Below are positions 15,414 through 19,127 of a stretch of DNA of 19,127 nt, piece after piece; position 1 is the first letter of the stretch, and each line of letters opens with the position of its first letter. This stretch comes from a virus, in UHGV virus genome UHGV-0215688; one strand, 5' to 3'. The notes beneath the pieces were generated by a model. It saw only the letters and a list, made by a program, of their open reading frames with translations. It was not told where the DNA came from and did not search any database. The position numbers and the translations under genes are program-made.

Positions 15414-16632
15414 TGGCGTTATCCTTCTGCTTACCGGCTTTACTGCCATCGGAGGGTTTCGTGGTCATGTTCATCGGTGTGAGATAGACATTCCCACCGG
15501 GACGCGGATTCATATCTTCCAGGTCGCGGCAGTCATTGGGAGAGTAAATTCCCCAGTTAATCCCGGTGGCGTAGGCTTCAAAACGGGACTTCATATCCCC
15601 GCGCAGTAACGCCCCGGCGTTAAATTTGGCGTAATAAACGCCCTGCTTACTTTTTCGTACCAGTCCGGTGTTGATCCGCTGTTCGATGCGGGTCAGATAC
15701 GGCACCAGTGAATAGTTGATAAATCCGAGCCCCAGTTCTTCGATATTGTTGAAGGTGGCGCGATCGGTGTTCTGCACCATGTGCAATGGCACCCGGAACA
15801 GACGACAGATTTCTTCAAGCTGAAACTTGCGGGTTTCCAGGAACTGGCTGTCCTCTGCGTTCAACGCCATCGACTTCCAGTCCAGCCCCATCTCAAGGAT
15901 CATCGGGCGGTGAGCATTGCCAAGCCCGGTGTGACGCTCCTCAAAATCTTTCTTCAGGCGCTCATAAGCCTGATCCGACAGCGTCTGCTCTGTACGCAAC
16001 ACACCCGACGTCACCGCGCCATTGCTGAACAGTCTGGCCCCGTGCTCTTCGGTCGCTGCCGCCAGCGATATTGCCTCGCGGGCATAGGCGATGGGATTCA
16101 GTCCCACCAGACCGTCCAGCGTCAGCGTGCGCACATGCCAGATATCTTCCTGGCTCAGTACATCCGTGGAGCCGTCCGGAAATGTGACCTGGTAAACCGG
16201 TTCCCAGCTACTGTTAAGCTTCGGTACCACACAACCGGGATCGACGGGCAGCAGTTCAGCCACTTCGCCAAATGCTTTCACTTTGTAGGCGTAAAAATTT
16301 CCCCGCAGGCACAGACAGGTGACCACCAGCTCCCAGAACTCCTGCGGCGTCATATAGCTATTGGGATGCGTGGAGATCAGTTTATGCAGACGTTCGCCGG
16401 TGGCTCTCTGCTTCAGGCTGCCGTTCAGGTGATACAGATTGCAGGGCAACATCCCGACCGACTCTGCCAGCACTCTGACGCAGGAAAAAACCGCCGTCAG
16501 TCGCATGGCTCGCTGACTGCTGATCTGCTTTCCGGTATAGGTGTCGTAGGACAACCCGATGGCATCCGCCAGCTCTGCTGACGTGGTCACCGGTGCGTCA
16601 CTTTTTCGTTGAAATAATCCCGAAAAGAACAC
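15391..16632 (-). CDS. Portal protein (HK97 family)
   Basis: 413 aa between large terminase and protease. GTG start at 16630-16632 preceded by GGAGGT and overlapping the stop of the small membrane ORF by 1 nt. Confidence 0.9.
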   Translation of the reverse strand: MFFSGLFQRKSDAPVTTSAELADAIGLSYDTYTGKQISSQRAMRLTAVFSCVRVLAESVGMLPCNLYHLNGSLKQRATGERLHKLISTHPNSYMTPQEFWELVVTCLCLRGNFYAYKVKAFGEVAELLPVDPGCVVPKLNSSWEPVYQVTFPDGSTDVLSQEDIWHVRTLTLDGLVGLNPIAYAREAISLAAATEEHGARLFSNGAVTSGVLRTEQTLSDQAYERLKKDFEERHTGLGNAHRPMILEMGLDWKSMALNAEDSQFLETRKFQLEEICRLFRVPLHMVQNTDRATFNNIEELGLGFINYSLVPYLTRIEQRINTGLVRKSKQGVYYAKFNAGALLRGDMKSRFEAYATGINWGIYSPNDCRDLEDMNPRPGGNVYLTPMNMTTKPSDGSKAGKQKDNANADETTS

Positions 16633-16814
16633 TATTTACCTCCACCAACAGACAGCTGTGTACGGTCGAGATATCGCGCCACCAGCCACGACCAGAACAG
16701 GCACAACGCCCCGGCAACAACAAACCCCGCCGGGGGATAAATCAGCCAAGCACCATACGCCAGCAAAAGCGCCCCCAGCACGCCCACCAGAGGCGCGAGA
16801 ATCAGCATGATCAT
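16632..16814 (-). CDS. Small two-helix membrane protein (60 aa) within the packaging module
   Basis: [60 protein letters not shown]: two hydrophobic helices. GAGGT RBS; its TAG shares a nucleotide with the portal GTG start. GC-rich like the backbone. Confidence 0.55.
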   Translation of the reverse strand: MIMLILAPLVGVLGALLLAYGAWLIYPPAGFVVAGALCLFWSWLVARYLDRTQLSVGGGK

Positions 16815-16825
16815 AATTACCTCAG

Positions 16826-18559
16826 TTAAAGCGAGCGGATCCCATAGGACTCAATGTGGTCAGACAGCGTGTCTTCTTTCTCGTACAGCATGGCTCTGCC
16901 AACCGCCATAATCAGCGCAACTGCACCGTCAATTTTGTTTTCCGCCTGCTCTTTGACGGGCTTCACCACATCATCGTTACCCGGAATGGTTTTGCCGACC
17001 ACGTTGCCGATACACCAGGTCATGATGGGATTGCCATCATGATGAAAGCGCCCCGATTCAATTGCCGCTTCCAGCTCTTTCATCGGGTCGGACATGTTGG
17101 TGTAGTTCTGAATGATAGTGATGGGGTTCAGGTCTTCATCAGCAAGGTCATGTGACAACCCGGTCGCCCCGAAGGGGTCGATGGGTGACTCACTGACCGG
17201 ACTGATTTTGTTCGCCGCTTTGGCCTCCTCGAGGATGTAGCGATAATCCACCTCCGCACCATCGGTAACGGTCAGAACGCCCATTTCCACCCATTTCTGA
17301 AAGCGTTCGGCTGTCCGTCGATCTTCATTTTTCTCGACGCTGTACACCGTGTCATACGGTACCCAGAAACGCGGGGCCACACTGTAGTAATGCGTTTTAC
17401 CGTCAATCTCGCGGGTATAAAGTCGCGCCATACTGTTCATATCCAGTTTACGCGCCAGGTCAAAGGCCAGAATGCATGGCTGCCCCTCGAACTGCTCAAG
17501 GGTCAGTGATTTATCCTCGCAACTCTGCCAGCTCACCAGGTTGAAATACGCCGAACGCGCCGACACCCAGATATTGAGGTGTTTTGTTTTAAAGACGTTT
17601 GCCAGACGGGCGTTATTTTTCGCACGCTGCTGCTGACTTAACAAAAATTCGCGATAAACCGACACACCAATATTTGGATTGGCTTTTTCCAGCACCTGCG
17701 GGTCGGTCCAGTCGTCACCTTCATCAACGGTATAGATGATCCCGAACAGTTCATCGTTAGGCACCGAGCCGTTGAGCATCTCGATGACTTCCCGCCGTTT
17801 GTCGTAGCACGGCCCCTCAATGTTGTACCCGGCGGTAGTGATAGCCCACATCAGTGGCTGACGTCGCGCCCCCATCCCGGTAAGCATCGTGGTGTAAAGC
17901 GCATCGGTGGCGTGCTCGTGATATTCATCCACCACCGCACAGTGGGGTGATGAACCATCACCGGGGTTACCGATCAGCGGTTCAAAACGCGCACCATCCT
18001 CCTGACGGTTCATGTTTGAGGCGTTAACCTCAATCCCGAACGCTTCCATCAGCATGGGTGTGCGTTTACACATCAGTCTTGCCGGACGAAAGACTTCCCA
18101 TGCCTGTTTCTCCGTCGTGGCACCGGAATACACTTCCGCGCCGAACTCGTTATCACAGGCAAAACAATACAGGGCGACACCGGCAGAGATTGCCGATTTG
18201 CCGTTCTTACGGGGGATTTCGGTATACACCTCACGGAAGCGGCGCAGCCGGGTACCTTTATTGACCCAGCCAAACGCGCAGCAGATCACAAAGAGCTGCC
18301 ACGGCTCCAGCGTGATGGGCATCCTCTTAAATGCCCACTCACCCTTGGTGTGCGGCAACAGCTGAATAAATTTGGCGGCCCGTTCAGCCAGGTCCTTGTC
18401 GAAGCGGTAACGAAACGACTTATTTTTTTCCGCCATCAGGTCATCAAGATGGCGCTGGCAGGCCTGAATCACAAACTGGCAGGCCACAATCTTTCCGCGC
18501 ACGACATCCCGGGCATACTGATTGGCAGCATTTACGTTGGGGTAAGATTTCCGGCTCAT
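16826..18559 (-). CDS. Terminase large subunit
   Basis: 577 aa with Walker A-like PRKNGKS in the N-terminal ATPase region and a C-terminal nuclease-type region; ATG overlaps the small-subunit TGA (ATGA). Confidence 0.95.
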   Translation of the reverse strand: MSRKSYPNVNAANQYARDVVRGKIVACQFVIQACQRHLDDLMAEKNKSFRYRFDKDLAERAAKFIQLLPHTKGEWAFKRMPITLEPWQLFVICCAFGWVNKGTRLRRFREVYTEIPRKNGKSAISAGVALYCFACDNEFGAEVYSGATTEKQAWEVFRPARLMCKRTPMLMEAFGIEVNASNMNRQEDGARFEPLIGNPGDGSSPHCAVVDEYHEHATDALYTTMLTGMGARRQPLMWAITTAGYNIEGPCYDKRREVIEMLNGSVPNDELFGIIYTVDEGDDWTDPQVLEKANPNIGVSVYREFLLSQQQRAKNNARLANVFKTKHLNIWVSARSAYFNLVSWQSCEDKSLTLEQFEGQPCILAFDLARKLDMNSMARLYTREIDGKTHYYSVAPRFWVPYDTVYSVEKNEDRRTAERFQKWVEMGVLTVTDGAEVDYRYILEEAKAANKISPVSESPIDPFGATGLSHDLADEDLNPITIIQNYTNMSDPMKELEAAIESGRFHHDGNPIMTWCIGNVVGKTIPGNDDVVKPVKEQAENKIDGAVALIMAVGRAMLYEKEDTLSDHIESYGIRSL

Positions 18560-19050
18560 GATTCGATGATTTTCAGAAACGGGTTAGTGGCTTTCTTCTT
18601 CCCCGCCAGGCCAATCAGACGCTGGCGGCTGCTGGGGTCGAGTCCGAGCATTGCCCCCGTACTGCTCATCTCGGACTCCTGTTCTTTTTTGGCGGTCAGC
18701 TCCGGATTTTTGACCATACCGCCCATTGCACCGGTGATGGTATTGCCCTGTCTGGCAATATTTTTCACGGCACGTCGCCAGAACTCGTAGGCCACGCACC
18801 ACCGCTCAAGCACCGCGAGGTCAGTCACGCACAGCAGGCCCTGACCGCAGAGTTCTTTAGTTGTCAGTTGCCACATGATCGTAGCGAGAGGGAGATCTTC
18901 TTCAGCGAACCACTCCGGTGGCTCAACACCTTTGATGGGCGTAAAAACAGGTTCATCTTTGTTCAGGGCTCGCTTGCCGGGGTTTCCGGCCAGCGCCTTG
19001 CGCGCCGTTGGCTTGGGGCGACGCCCGGAACGCCCCGCCGTTCCAGCCAT
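18556..19050 (-). CDS. Terminase small subunit (P27 family)
   Basis: [34 protein letters not shown] matches the P27-family N-terminal signature. Listed from the ATG at 19048-19050 (AGGAG 8 nt upstream); the ORF track starts at an upstream in-frame GTG at 19059. Confidence 0.85.
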   Translation of the reverse strand: MAGTAGRSGRRPKPTARKALAGNPGKRALNKDEPVFTPIKGVEPPEWFAEEDLPLATIMWQLTTKELCGQGLLCVTDLAVLERWCVAYEFWRRAVKNIARQGNTITGAMGGMVKNPELTAKKEQESEMSSTGAMLGLDPSSRQRLIGLAGKKKATNPFLKIIES

Positions 19051-19127
19051 ATGCGGCACTCCTGGTTAAATTTCATTTTTCGCGGGTATAAAAAAACGAT
19101 GGGGCGGGCAGTCCGGAAGACGTCAGG

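Noticed and set aside
15781-16581. 266-aa plus-strand ORF
   Set aside because: Entirely antisense to the portal gene, starts at GTG without a Shine-Dalgarno, and has no recognisable family; long antisense ORFs are expected in GC-rich coding DNA.
19060-19127. GC-rich segment followed by a T7 run on the minus strand upstream of the small terminase gene (possible terminator of the preceding gene or late promoter region)
   Set aside because: No complete inverted repeat is contained in the window (only short palindromes gacgtc and tccgga); the 5' arm, if any, lies beyond the window end.
1-19127. CRISPR arrays, tRNA/rRNA genes, integrase and att sites
   Set aside because: No spaced direct-repeat array, no cloverleaf-like or rRNA-like sequence, and no recombinase-like ORF were seen; the window appears to lie wholly inside the prophage late region plus a short accessory end.

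Overview
The window is almost entirely the late (virion structural) region of a tailed prophage, with every structural gene on the minus strand. Reading from about 19.1 kb down to about 0.85 kb: a packaging module (P27-type small terminase, large terminase), an HK97-type head module (portal, prohead protease, major capsid protein with N-terminal coiled-coil delta domain), neck proteins, and a Mu/SfV-type contractile tail (gp38-like, sheath, tube, chaperone with a -1 frameshift, tape measure, N, P, gp45, gp46, gp47/J, gp48) ending in a glycine-rich tail fibre. Genes are tightly packed with overlapping stop and start codons. Three things depart from this backbone. (1) An AT-rich, opposite-strand moron at 6870-7307 encodes a 145-aa two-helix membrane protein with its own sigma70-like promoter, strong RBS and a hairpin; it sits between the tape-measure and N genes and is the best candidate for an undescribed prophage defence (superinfection-exclusion-like) function. 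(2) The AT-rich distal end (1-870) holds a tiny ORF coupled to the fibre gene and a truncated acyltransferase-3 gene in the classical lysogenic-conversion slot. (3) A 60-aa two-helix membrane protein is coupled between large terminase and portal. I recognised no rRNA, tRNA, CRISPR array, integrase or att site. All family assignments are from reading the translations and gene order; no database search was run, and composition statements are by eye, not computed.
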